A stretch of DNA of 64,000 nt. It comes from Botryllus schlosseri (lineage: Eukaryota). The stretch spans positions 5,396,001-5,460,000 of the forward strand of contig CM119372.1 of NCBI GenBank assembly GCA_051294905.1, read 5' to 3'. The notes under the pieces were generated by a model. It was not told the DNA's origin. It worked only from the letters and a program-made list of their open reading frames with translations, and did no database searches. The translations under genes and the position numbers were made by a program. This document shows, in pieces, positions 50,519-62,417 of this stretch (position 1 is the first letter of the stretch; each line of letters starts with the position of its first letter).

Positions 50519-50826
50519 CAGGGGCTCTTAACCGGGGTTCGCACAAACCCCCGATTTTCGCTGAACCACTGTCGGGGTTCAGCGGAGGTCAAGAGACACA
50601 CCCGACTCACTCAGCAGAATTGACACTGATATGTGGGGAAATATGCATTTTATTCTTCTTGTTCTGTTTGAAGCATTTTTTAATGGTTTTGTTCTTTTAA
50701 CGCTGTTGTTGATGCAGTGTAATTTTTACCTATATTCTATAGCAATGTTGTTTTGTTACTCAGCCAAAATTTGGGGTTCGCTAAAGGCTGCAGATTAGCC
50801 AGATTAAGACAGTTAAGAACCACTGA
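50519..50826. mobile_element. hAT-type MITE
   Basis: Ends caggggctcttaac / gttaagaaccactg with ggggttc subterminal motifs; no matching TSD. Confidence 0.6.
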
Positions 50827-50879
50827 GTTGGGTGACGAGATAGCGTAGTGGTATAATTGTTTGTGTATTCATGGTGCTT

Positions 50880-51114
50880 GTCGACTACTATGGTCATTTA
50901 CGCTCGGCCAATTTTCTCCATTCTTATTCCGTAGCTGCTGACTGGTAACACGGCCCACTTCTAGGCTTTTATTTGACACCGCTTACACGGATGATATGGC
51001 GAGTAGGAGCCCAGATAAATCTCCAACACATTAAAGAAGGTATTCTGGGGTTGACCTCGGTCGGACTCGAACCCGCAACCCGTCAGTGTTGCGGTACCAC
51101 TAGGCTATCTCGCC
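50880..51114 (-). mobile_element. tRNA-derived SINE, near full length
   Basis: Minus strand ggcgagaTAGCCTAGTGGtacc...gcgGGTTCGAGTCCgacc (Pol III A and B boxes), followed by a body repeated at 42413 and 3808. Confidence 0.8.
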
Positions 51115-51389
51115 ACACCATATTAATGCGTACTGTGAAAATGCGTCCAAAGTCGAAAAATTGTTAGGTTGCTAAAAAAACACGTCGGACGCCAAATCCG
51201 GCACAAACAAAAACGCCCTGAATCGCGCGAAGCGCGAAGAAAATTACTAGGTTAATTAAAATCTCTTAAAAATTGCGAAATCAATTCGTAAATTCAATTT
51301 TCATGTCGACGGCCGCCAACATACTAATTGAATTACGTGTCCACGGGCGCACAAATTTCCTTCTACGGCCGCAGGTTGGCCACTTCTGG

Positions 51390-51526
51390 CCTAGGCCAAG
51401 ATGGGTGTCTGATTCCATAGACTACTCTAAGTCGCTTCGACACCTTCCTATCTTTTCATTGTATCGCATTTTTGTGGTGTATTGAACTGATAAAAATTGC
51501 TAATAAACCAATGATGATGATGATGA
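51390..51526 (+). mobile_element. Short 3' end of the LINE family seen at 59450-60050
   Basis: Near-identical to 59931-60045 (taggccaag..gtctgattccatag..gtcgcttcgacaccttcctatc..gaactgataaaaattgct), ending in an (ATG)n tail. Confidence 0.8.
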
Positions 51527-51572
51527 ACTGCAAATGACTAAAAAAAAGTTTTTTTAGAACAACCCTACTGTA

Positions 51573-54495
51573 GGGAGACCGGGGTTAGTTGTTACGATTT
51601 TGTCCATTACTGGCCTCACGGCTTTTCTACTCGCCTTGCGCAAATGATTTTGTTACACAGTCTTCACTTAGCACCCACTTACTTTTACAAAGTAGAATGG
51701 AACTTCAAGCTCTTATACGTTTGGAACTATTTGCATTTTAAACAGGTGAGTTTTCTGTCATAACTTACCCCGAGATGGGGGTAAGTTGTGACTGGAGAGG
51801 AGGCAAGTTGTTACATTGAAATTGTCAGCTGAAAACTCTATATCCACAATAAAAGCATTATTGTAACCATGTGTATTGAGAACGAAACGAAAGAAAAATC
51901 AAACGAAACAGCAAAATATGAAAAAAGTCATTCAGTCCTTGCAAAAATCACACACGTAGGGTGTAGAGCGATCACTGCATGCTTCATGCGCCCACTTTTG
52001 ACATTCATTGCATTTGACCCATACTTCCTCAGACCTAGAGTTGTCATAGGTGTCATGGCACAGTAGGCAATGATTGTTACTAGCATCTGTGTTTGTTTTG
52101 TCAGTGAAAGCTAGGTTTCTTTTTGTTTCTTTTTTTGTTTTCTTTTTGTCAATCTTAGAACTTTTTGCTTCCTTCGCCAAGTGCTCCTCTTGGAGGCGAT
52201 GTCGTTCAGGAGTGCTTGTTAAGATGGAGGAACGGCGCCTCTTTCTCCCACCAATTTTTTTCTGCCTGGGTGCGGCTTTGTTGAAAGGCCAAATCATCTC
52301 CGGTGTCGTCTTGATACCAGTGGGAAAACTCGGCACTGTATCCTCCATTGATCTTGGTGTACCAACTGCATTACTTGATGTGGCAGGCTCTCCAGAGTTT
52401 TCTGGTGCGCATGCCTTGCTGTTTGAAGTAGAAGTCTCTGCCGATTCTCCTGGTGCATTTACAGCGCTGCTTGAATCAGCAGAATTCTCATCAATATTTG
52501 CTATTGTTGGCATATTTTCCTCTTCTGGCATGGGTCTGTCGGTCGTGTAGCTTGGAAGAAATTCATCATCAGCAAATACATTATCATTGAATGGGAATAT
52601 CCCAGCCACTTGGAACCCTTTTTGAATATTGGCTGGGGTTGTTGCCAATGGAAGCGCCTGCTTCACAATTTCTGGGATATCAAGCATTGTCATTGGACGA
52701 CCCCGATTGGTCTTCAATAATGCCCCACAAGCAGCATTGTAGTACTTCTTGAAGGGTCCGTAAACACTCCTGTCCAGAGGCTGCAACTTATGAGAGCAAT
52801 GAGGAGGAAATGACAGCAACACAACTCCATTATCCCTGCAGTAATCAATCACATGTATGGACGTATGCGAGTCATGATTATCAAGTAAAAGTAACACAGG
52901 ATTTTCTTTTGTACATCGAACAACTTTGATAAAATGTTTGATGAAAACCATAAAATTTTCTCCAGTCATCCACCCTGATCGATGGGCTGTGCCAATGCAT
53001 CCAGGTGGACCATGTTTTATGAAATGCGGTTTGAAATTCACCCGTGGAAAAACAAACTGTGGCGGAACAACGTTTCCACTCGCACTCACAGCTAGGCACA
53101 TGGTTATCAAAACACCTCGCTCTGCTGATGTTATTGCGCCAACCTGTTTTGATCCCTTTTTTGCCACAATTCTGTTGGGTCTCTGAACTGTAGTGATACC
53201 AGTCTCATCACAATTATAAATGTCCTGGCATTCAAATTGATACTTATCCAACACCTGGGATAAGTTTTGAAAAAATAGTGCCACATTGCTGCGGTTAAAG
53301 CTCGTAGCTCTGCCCAGGCTCGTTGCTTCAGGTGTACGAATAGATAGGCTGGAATGTCTTTGTAAAAAGGAGGTAAACCAATCTGGTCCAGCTTTTTTGT
53401 TCGTGAGCCAATTTTGTGGGACTTGAACACTGTTGATTGATGCATATTCATATGCCAACTTCCTTACATCATCAGGTGTTAAACCATAGTACAGCTCGGA
53501 TGCTCTTTTGATGTACTTAACCAGAAGCTGCTCTTGGTCATTACGAAAAACAGCTCTTGGTTTTGCATAGCCAACAGATGGTTGTCCTCCAGAGCGTATT
53601 TTGGTACAAAATCTTTGCAGTGTCATAAAATTGATCTGCAATTATATTAAGTCATTGTAAGTCAAGTTGACTGCAAAAGAATAAACAAAATACCCACTAG
53701 ATACTTACATCAAATTCAGTGGCGACAGTGCGAAGAGATTTTTTTTCATTAATCACTCTTCTTGCAGCTTCTTCCATAACCATCATAGATGTAGTGCCTC
53801 TATTGGTCTTCTTTTTGTAATGCCTCACCATAATCGCAGAGAATATATAGTTAAGCAACAGAATCAATCTACATGATAGGAGCAGGTTAATGAATACATT
53901 TTCATAAGTAATTGCAGAAGAATCCAAGCTGTCTTCAACTTTTTCATCACTTAATCAGTGTAGTGTAGGTCTAGTGTGGCTTTCAATGTCACTGCACAAA
54001 GATTTTGGTTGAAATATTGCTAAGCCTATGAGGATGGATGAAATTCCATTAATAAATAATGCCAATCACACATCATAAATATTCAAGCAAATAATGAGGC
54101 TAGTTGTTACATCCGTAAAAATGTGCCCCCGCCGAATATGGGCTGTTTAAGCTTACTTGCCGCCTTACATAACCAACAAACAGCACAAAGTCAACTGTGA
54201 AACTAAACTTCAGGTCGTCCCCTTTCTATCGATGTAAATTGAACATATATAGGTCGCACGCAACTACTGATGCACCAGCGACACTTGATAAGTAAAAGTT
54301 TTACTTTATAGCCCTCAATATACCTTTTCCTGCATAAAACTTTATGCAAGCACAGTTCGCAAGCCAGGCTTCGTTAGAACGTACTCTCCAACCAGCCGAG
54401 TAAACTGTGTAAAAATGGTGCGCCATCTCCCGGCAAAAGAAAAATCATTGATGTTGTAACAATGGTCCCCCATAACAACTAACCCCGGTCTCCCC
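51573..54495 (-). mobile_element. Full-length pogo-superfamily (IS630-Tc1-mariner group) DNA transposon, ~2.9 kb
   Basis: TIR gggagaccggggttagttgtta / taacaactaaccccggtctccc(c), TA on both flanks (51571-72, 54496-97), encloses an intact transposase. Confidence 0.95.
51932..53831 (-). CDS. pogo-type DD35D transposase (608 aa): HTH_psq, CENP-B-type HTH, DDE_1, PHD finger; 2 exons
   Basis: Exon 1 53831-53709 (MVRHYKKK...SLRTVATEFD), 73-bp GTAAGT..TGCAG intron, exon 2 53635-51932 (INFMTLQR...). Catalytic YNCDETG, LLLLDNHDSH, QPLD (35 residues between D2 and D3); C-terminal C-x2-C...WVKC-x2-C-x2-WAH-x2-C...C-x2-C. Confidence 0.93.
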
Positions 54496-56583
54496 TATGT
54501 TGTAAAATGTTATGTACAACTTGTGCGTAATTTTCCACTAATCGATACTGATTAAAGTCATTATTGCATCACCATACACGCCATTGCATCAACGCCGAAG
54601 TGCTCATAATCCGCGAGCCAGATAAAAGACGATTGGTTTCACGCGGTCGTTTCCGTACTACGAACCAAAACCGCGTGTTCTCTTCTCTCGGATTGGGCTA
54701 TGATCGCGTGATAATCCCACCGCGCCATATTCGACGGCGATATCGCGGCGATAAAAGTGACGCACAATCCCTTCGCGAAGCATCACGAACTGTCAAAGTC
54801 CCGAAGATTTTGGTTACAACCGTGTGACAGTGTCGGATTTGTGACGTCGACGCAAATCAGCATGATAAATTGATTACATATTGCGCAAGTTTCCTCTGTA
54901 CTCATGTTGAAATATTTCAAAGATGACAGGCGCATGATCTACTGCATTCCAATGCCACGTTGTGATCTCTATCTCGAAAACTAACAAAGAAGTAACACAA
55001 TCAACTGTATCTATCCTATGCGATGTTAACGAGTGTGACTATTAATTTGTGTCTTCGGTTAGAAGATCGGTTCACAAACTTTTTTTTAATTCGTCGCCCC
55101 TTATCAAGCATTGACATCGCCCCATAAAATTCAGAGATCAGCACTGACGAAATATATTAACGTTTTCTGGATACTCAAGCAAGTTAATACCCTTATATTG
55201 CTTACTCAACTAGTCTTGTTTAACTACTTCTACTTCAACAACGGTTTTTGATGCTGAAATATTAGAATATTTGCATGAATAATTTTGTGTGTACTTCAAT
55301 CACTTTTACGAGAGAATGACTTGCACAGAGGCTATATATTATATATACGTACATAGTTCATGTGTTTCGCTATGAAGATTAAATCTCGCGTGGTGAGAAT
55401 GCAAGAGAGCCTGATATCGTGCAGTCTGAAACTTCGCCAAAGACTGTCATATATACTTCTGTACATTAGGATTGCGGGTACTCTCGTGGAAATCAACTTT
55501 GGACCGGTTAGAAAATCCGCGAGGCTCTGAAATATGTTCAGGTTCAATAACTTCTGACGGAAGATATTTTTGTACTGACGATATGCAAATTATAAATTTC
55601 AAAAATGGACACCGGACGCCGGACAGGTTATAACCGCCTCCACGCTGGTGTTCGAAGTAGGTATTCCAGTAAACTGTTTATAATGCTCAGGCGCTCTGGT
55701 CAGCATTGGTAGCGGGTCATTTTATCACGGCAAATAATTTCACGTTAGATAGATAAACCACTAGAATAAATAGAGTATCGGTAAATTTTGGTAATTTTGA
55801 TATATTCCTCGAAGCTATACACGCTTCAGCTATCATGCGTATCTTAACTACCTCGAAACTTCATCACCCTAGTCAGATATTGATTTTGCGTTCTGGCCTC
55901 GTTCTGATACTGGTAAAGATTCCGAATCGAATGATTCTGAAAAATGTAATTGTATGATATAGCTATAGAAATTAAGTCGACTAACGATTTTAATAAAATT
56001 GGTACACCTTAAAAGCTGCGATTATACTCATACAGTGATGCTGTCCAGTGAACGAAAGATCCTGTCCGTGTGATACGGGGTACACTCATACATAAAAGCA
56101 ATAGCGATAACGCCTGGTGCATGACACAAAATAATTGAACGGGGTAATGTTCAAGACAACATGTAGGCCTATAGATATTTCATCTTTTGCGATAAAATAA
56201 CACAAATGGTTATGCATTTTCTTGGCTATGTGTTTGAGGCCACCGCTATCGCGGGGCCAAATATAATCGTTAAGGTAACAATACGATGTAACGAGTAACA
56301 GTGGCACCATCCATGATATTGTCGGGCGCATCGAGCATGTTCATTTGTTCAGTTGTTCATTATACAACAGGATATCATTGAATCCGGTTAGCATTACAAA
56401 ACTGAAAGTAAAAGCCTGACGACTTGGCAATTTCGACGTTCTTACCGCCGCTTTGATTTTGTCGCCACATTAACCTGCAATCACGCCAGCGATGAAATCG
56501 CCCGCGTTGAGAACCACTGGATTTAACGTTAATTTCGTGAGACATAAACGAAGTTGAGACGATGGTAATAGCACTAGCTAGAC

Positions 56584-58284
56584 CAGGGGACTGCAACCTT
56601 TCGCATGAAGCGTGCCAAAGTGTCAAAATATTACGAACTGGCGTGCCAAACATTTTTTATTATGTCATATTTATCGTTTCAAGCAAGGAAGCCCACCAAC
56701 CGCACAACTGTAGCTGGAAATTCATCGGTTACGCCAGTGAATGGTATATATTGTGGTCGCTACCGCACTAGACCCACCGCTTTTATGTACGTAATATTTG
56801 CATCATTTATTTTTAGTCGCGCTGTGATCGATATTCTGTGGTTGCTTTGGTCGTTTCCAAGTCCACTGTGATCGGTACCATAGCCAATATACGACAGGTC
56901 CATCAATGTTGTTACGGTGATATGGCCTGATGATGAAAGATGTGCCCACCCCTGTATCATACAAGTCGGGTTGATGTCACATTAGGGTTGGTCTAGCACT
57001 AGATTATTCTGCAAATCTCCAAAGGTCGAAGTAAAGGCCGTTTCTCCAGATGTATAATTGGAATCGCTTACACGTACTAGATGAAACTAAAACAATATCT
57101 TCTTTCGTGAGACGAACACGATTCCAAATTCTCACCTCAACACGGGGCTTGTCATTTTCCTCGGCAGGTCTTATTTGATAAGTGAGGCTCAAGCTGGGGC
57201 GCTGGAATATTCGGCACTGGTCATTTCAGCGCCTGGAAAGTGACCATATGGGGTTACCAACATGGGGAGTGGAGGTTGTTTTATTCGGGGTTTTATCGCC
57301 GCCAGTCATTTTGGCAGCGCACACACCGCACGGAGACGCATGCGTCTGCGTATACATGTTTCCCCGAATCGTTATATCTAGGACTCTAGGTCGTGTCTCC
57401 TAGGATGAAAATGCCCAGCGCCGAAATGCCAGTTCATGTACTAGTCACGCTCTCGCAGGCTGCATGAAAGCATCAAAACGGATTCATACGATATTACGTA
57501 GCCGTTCTTTCATAATTGCTAATACGAGTGGACTCATTTCTGTACATTATGTATATTTATTTCTATGTCCTGTTTTTTAAGCAGTTGGGCGTCAATTATC
57601 GCCAACAGAAGGAGACAAGCCAGGAGACTGAAAATCTCTAGATTGGTTTTGAAATATCGATTCCGCCGGTGGTCACTGGTGATTAGCAGTTTTATATCGC
57701 AGCGTTTAGAATATACAAACACACACGAAATGTCCTCCAACTGCGGTCGACCTAATTTTTTTCAACTTTCTCAATACCTAATAGACCATTCAGTGGACAT
57801 TGGATACTTAAGGAGACGAATCGCCATTTTGAGTGACCATGACAATGTCCATTACCGAGCCAAGATGAGCATTATCGTCGTAATATATGTTAAGGGTAGA
57901 GAACCACTTCCGACAAAGGAGTCATACGAGAACCCACATTTTCAATTGTACTTCCCAAGGAGTCATATACCGATGACAATCCATTTTGACGTCACTATTT
58001 GAAATCCACGACGTCATCGTTGTACGATATCGATGGTCACTATATAGAGTTCGTTGTCTGCGCCATATTTTGCGTTTAAAATCTGCCCCAAAAGACTCTA
58101 TTTTATATTGATTTAGGAAATTATTATGGGTGGCCTGCGAGCTATGTACATTTAAAAAACTTCTGTTTCACTTTTTGCAAAAACAGGATTATAATATGTT
58201 GTGTGCGTCAAATCATTTAGCGTGCCATGAAAAATCATCTCGCGTGCCACAAATGGCCCTCGTGTCGGGGGTTGCCGACCCCCG
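56584..58284. mobile_element. ~1.7-kb decayed non-autonomous hAT element
   Basis: Ends caggggactgcaacc / ggttgccgacccccg, gcgtgcca subterminal repeats at both ends, TSD agctagac / aggtagac (7/8); a further small element lies at ~57190-57435. Confidence 0.65.
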
Positions 58285-58379
58285 AGGTAGACCGTATAGT
58301 ATTTTCAATTGTTTAGATTTCCGTTAATGCCAAGCACCACATTATAGCGATGCAATGGATCGAGTGGATGCGTCGAAAC

Positions 58380-58790
58380 GATATCTTTTAAGAGGATTTG
58401 TCCTCTTATTTTACTTTTTTTTTAAGTGTCCTCGGAGGACATTTCAAATGTCCTCTTTTTGAGAATTTGTCCTCTGTTTTGAAAGTTTTGGTTAAAATTA
58501 TGTTAAAATCCGACTGAGATATACGAAATCAGTACTCAAGTTACATTCCTCCGGCGGGTATTTCGGGAGTTAAGCCATAAAGTTGACTTTTTTTTAGTCA
58601 ACCAACGGAGAATTCAACAAAGTGTACATTTTCTAGAGTCGAGTCGGAAAATGACCTTTTTTCTTTTTTTAGTTAACCAACTACAAACTCGGAATAAATT
58701 TATCAATTTTCCGGATTCTATTCCGGTATTGTAAGTCTGAAAATGTTGAAAAAGTGTCTTCTTTTCAGATTCCTAAAATATCGTAACCAT
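58380..58790. mobile_element. Diverged MITE family C copy
   Basis: ttttaagaggatttgtcctc...gtgtcctcggaggac...cggcgggtatttcgg...aaatatcgtaaccata. Confidence 0.8.
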
Positions 58791-59449
58791 ACCATAACGG
58801 ATATATCGAGGCCGGAATATCGGGTCCTATTGTAGGGATTCAATAACAACAGGATTATTGCGACCCATTCATAGATCTTCTACTTAAGCTACCATGTCCT
58901 TGCGTAGGCTACCAGGCCGTGCCAGCGAATATTTAGTGTAGCCTACGCGGCCAGCCGTAGAGTGTGTTCGTACATTCGTACAATTTTAGGCTACTGCGTA
59001 TCTGTATCTGCGGGCCTGATCTCGCAGGCATTACTACACTTGCTTTTATACTTCAACAGGTACGTTATCCAGACAAAAGAACTGATATTAATTAGAACTC
59101 AAAGTATATGATATTGGGAATTGAAAGTGCAATATAAATACTACTTCTAAAAGCGGAGAACGCATTTAATGTCATTCTGGACTTTACTCAACTTTCAAAA
59201 AGATTAAATGTTGATACTCCTTGAAAATAGCCCCGAAATTCCTCAGGCTATCTTCCTGATTGGAGGATTAAACTACTTTTACTTGACAAACTGAAATTAG
59301 CGAAAAGTAAGTGAGTAGATCACAAAATATTACGAAGTAGAAGTAGCGAAAATCAGATCTACTTGAGTAAGTACCAGAAGTAGAGAAAAACTACCTGAGT
59401 ACTTCGAAGAAGTAGAAGTACTTCGTTACTGACCACCTCTGTCCGTATC

Positions 59450-60050
59450 ATAGCTAGGGCCTGGTTGTCCATCCAACAAGTCTCTGCTGAACAGATTCGG
59501 TGTCCTAAACATAGAAGATATGCAGAAACTAGAGATCGCAAAGTTTATGTATCAGTTCCACTGCGGTAACTGCCCCGAATATTTCAATGACTTTTTTTAC
59601 CTCTGAATCAAAAGCGCGCAAGTACAACACACGCGCGTCCACGTCGTCCAAATATCATATGATCGACCGAAAAGATCATCGCTCTATCAAATATGCCCCA
59701 CCTGACGTGTGGAACTATCCCACCGGCCATCCGACAGTCGACTAGCATGTCCACATTCAAGTCGAAATGCAAGCAATTACTACTAAATAAATACTAGTCC
59801 ATCCTCAAGATTACCGGAGCCCGACCTGACCTATCGATCTCGCCTTCCATGACATGCCACCCCATTTTTTGTGCCTTGCTTTTTTTCCATTTCCGTCCTC
59901 TTTTACTTGCATGCCTCCTCTTTACATCGCATAGGCCAAGGTGGTTGTCTGATTCCATAGTCGCTTCGACACCTTCCTATCTTTTGATTGTATCGCATTT
60001 TTGTGGTGTATTGAACTGATAAAAATTGCTCATAAACCAATGATAATAAT
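59450..60050 (+). mobile_element. 5'-truncated CR1/L2-group LINE
   Basis: ORF2 C-terminus VLNIEDMQKLEIAKFMYQFH...PEYFNDFF...YNTR...RSIKY...VWN...PAIRQSTSMSTFKSKCKQLLLNKY* with frameshifts, then a 3' UTR shared with 51390-51526. Confidence 0.85.
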
Positions 60051-61405
60051 AAATAACAACTATATCAGTAAGTCAGTGGTACGCGAAGGTCTTCCTGGTG
60101 GTACGCGAGTAGATTGTTTTTTTTTCGATCGAAGTGAGTTATTAGTTCAGGTGAGGTTGATTTTGAGTTTTTTGAAGACGTCGTCTCACGCTATTCCCCG
60201 GCTGCTAATTTTCCCTCATACGTGGGAATGCGAGCAAGGATTTTCATACCTGATGACTATCAAGTCGAAGAAACCAAACCGACTTGTTGCGCCCATACAT
60301 GACTTTCGATGCGCTGTAAGCAAACGTATGCCACACATCGACAAGCTAGTGGAAAATAACAAATGAAGCCATCGCATTGAATAAACTGACTTTTGTTGTG
60401 TGTTGTTATTTCATTACGCTGTTCTTCTTGTGACTGGTGCTGAAAAAAAAAACAATTCCATACATCCCATCAAACCTGGCTGATAATGCCTAGTTCAGGG
60501 GTGTCAAACTCAAATGGCATCGCGGGCCGGATCAAAGTCATGAAATCGCTCGCGGGCCGGACCAGTCAACGGAATCCAAAATGTTGCCTCGTGCCATTGC
60601 TTCTCGCTGGAATACTTTATTATCAAGCATATATAGATAATACACGGATCGTAGGGGCTTCATTCTAGCGAGTCGCAACACCATTATTTGCGAGCAATGC
60701 GAAAATACGATGTTTTTTCGGTTGAATAGAGTTAAGAACCGCTAAAACAATGGCATTACTAGCGATACAGGTAGACAGCATATTTAAGTGTTCCCTTTGC
60801 TTCAGTCCAGGGGTGGCCAGCCTGCGGCCATAAGAGGGAATTTGTGTGGTCGTAGACACGCAACTCAATTAGTATGTGTCGGCGGCCGTCGACATGCAAT
60901 TCGAATTTACGAATTGACTCCCGATTTATTGAAAGATTTTAATTAATCTTGAAATTTTCTTCGCGCTGCACGCGATTCAATGCGATTACATTTTTTGATT
61001 TTAATATAGTAGCACCCTTTGCAATCAGAGCCCCACAATACAGATGCGAACATCAGTGGAAAATGATGCGCCTCACATGGAAATATCAGCTCGGAATCGT
61101 GTGCTCCTCACTATACTAACAATCCTGATGGGAGGTCAAGAAATAACAGCATGCTACAAAGTGACTAATACCAATTGGCCCACCCGAAGATGCATCATTT
61201 AGGCTATAAACTTGCTTATTCGAAAACACCCCTACATCAACTCTATACCACTGAATCAGCTGATCACACGGGATGAGAAAGGATAAATGTTTGAGGGTAA
61301 TATGTAAAACTACTAATATCAATGACGAAATTCAATGGTGAATCTGAATTTTTTTCGCGCTTCGCGCGACTGAGAACTCCCTTCCTTAACTTTACCAGTG
61401 ACCAC

Positions 61406-62417
61406 TAGGGATGGTGTGAACCTCTAAAAGGTTCAGGTTCGTGTGAACGCGAACCTTTTTGAAAGGTTCTGTGTGAACACGAACGTGAACCTCATGACGT
61501 CACGTGACCTCATATTGCCAATTTCAACCCTACATTTCAGTGAAGTGATATATATGAATGTACGTACACGATACCTAGTGACGACTTGGGCCACATAATG
61601 CCACAATGCTGAAGTACATACTGACTTTTTAAGCGTCGCCAAATGTATCAACTGGAGCAATTAAGTGATATAATATTCTAGGCTTACCATACGTCCTCTT
61701 TTAAGAGGATTTGTCCACTTTTTTGAAAGTGTCCTCGGAGGACGCCCTTTTGTCCTCTTTTTTGAGATTTTGTCCTCTTTTTTGAAAATTTAGGTCAGAT
61801 TTAGAGCAAATTGTGAGTGATATGCCGCAAATTAGCACAGAAGTGACGCTCCAGCGGGTATTTCGGAGTGAAAAACGGTGATTTTAGCTCTTAGCGAAAA
61901 AGATGACTTTTTTTTTTTTTTTTTAGTCAACCGCTCGCAAAGTGGGAAAAATTCACCGGTTTTGGAGAATTCTACTCCGGTTTCGCAAGTTGTAAATTTC
62001 TGAAAAAGTGTCCTCTTTTTAGATTTCCAAAATATGGTAAGCCTATAATATTCCCATAAAATCGGAATCTTTCGTCTCTGCGGGTCAAGCTCACAGCCGG
62101 GTCACGAAACATTCACAAACAGAAAGCTAGATATTTCGAGAAAACTTTTGTAACAAAGCAGGTAAAATTTTAATGAGATTGTCGAAGTGCATGCTCGTCT
62201 AGTGTTTATTTTTATGCTGCCAGCGCCATGCGTAGAGTGGCCCGCAGTTTAAATGCAATAAATTTCAAGAAAGATATTATAATGACGTAAAAATTGTAAT
62301 AATGAAAAAGGTTCACAGTGCAGAACCTACCAAGGCTCGTTTGTGAACGTGAACCTCTAAATTTTCGAGGTTCACACACAGAACGCGAACGTGAACCTCA
62401 CGTTCACACCATCCCTA
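61406..62417. mobile_element. hAT MITE, nest level 4
   Basis: TIR tagggatggtgtgaac / gttcacaccatcccta, perfect TSD gtgaccac, gtgaac subterminal repeats. Confidence 0.93.
61679..62045. mobile_element. hAT MITE family C, nest level 5
   Basis: TIR taggcttaccata / tatggtaagccta, perfect TSD taatattc. Confidence 0.93.

Noticed and set aside
51060..51114. tRNA gene
   Set aside because: A and B boxes are present but there is no complete cloverleaf, and it runs into a repeated body: SINE head.
52074..52550. 158-aa plus-strand ORF (also 52926-53186)
   Set aside because: Antisense shadow of the transposase coding sequence.
60001..60366. 121-aa ORF as a host gene
   Set aside because: Chimera of LINE tail, hAT terminus and a transposase C-terminal remnant.
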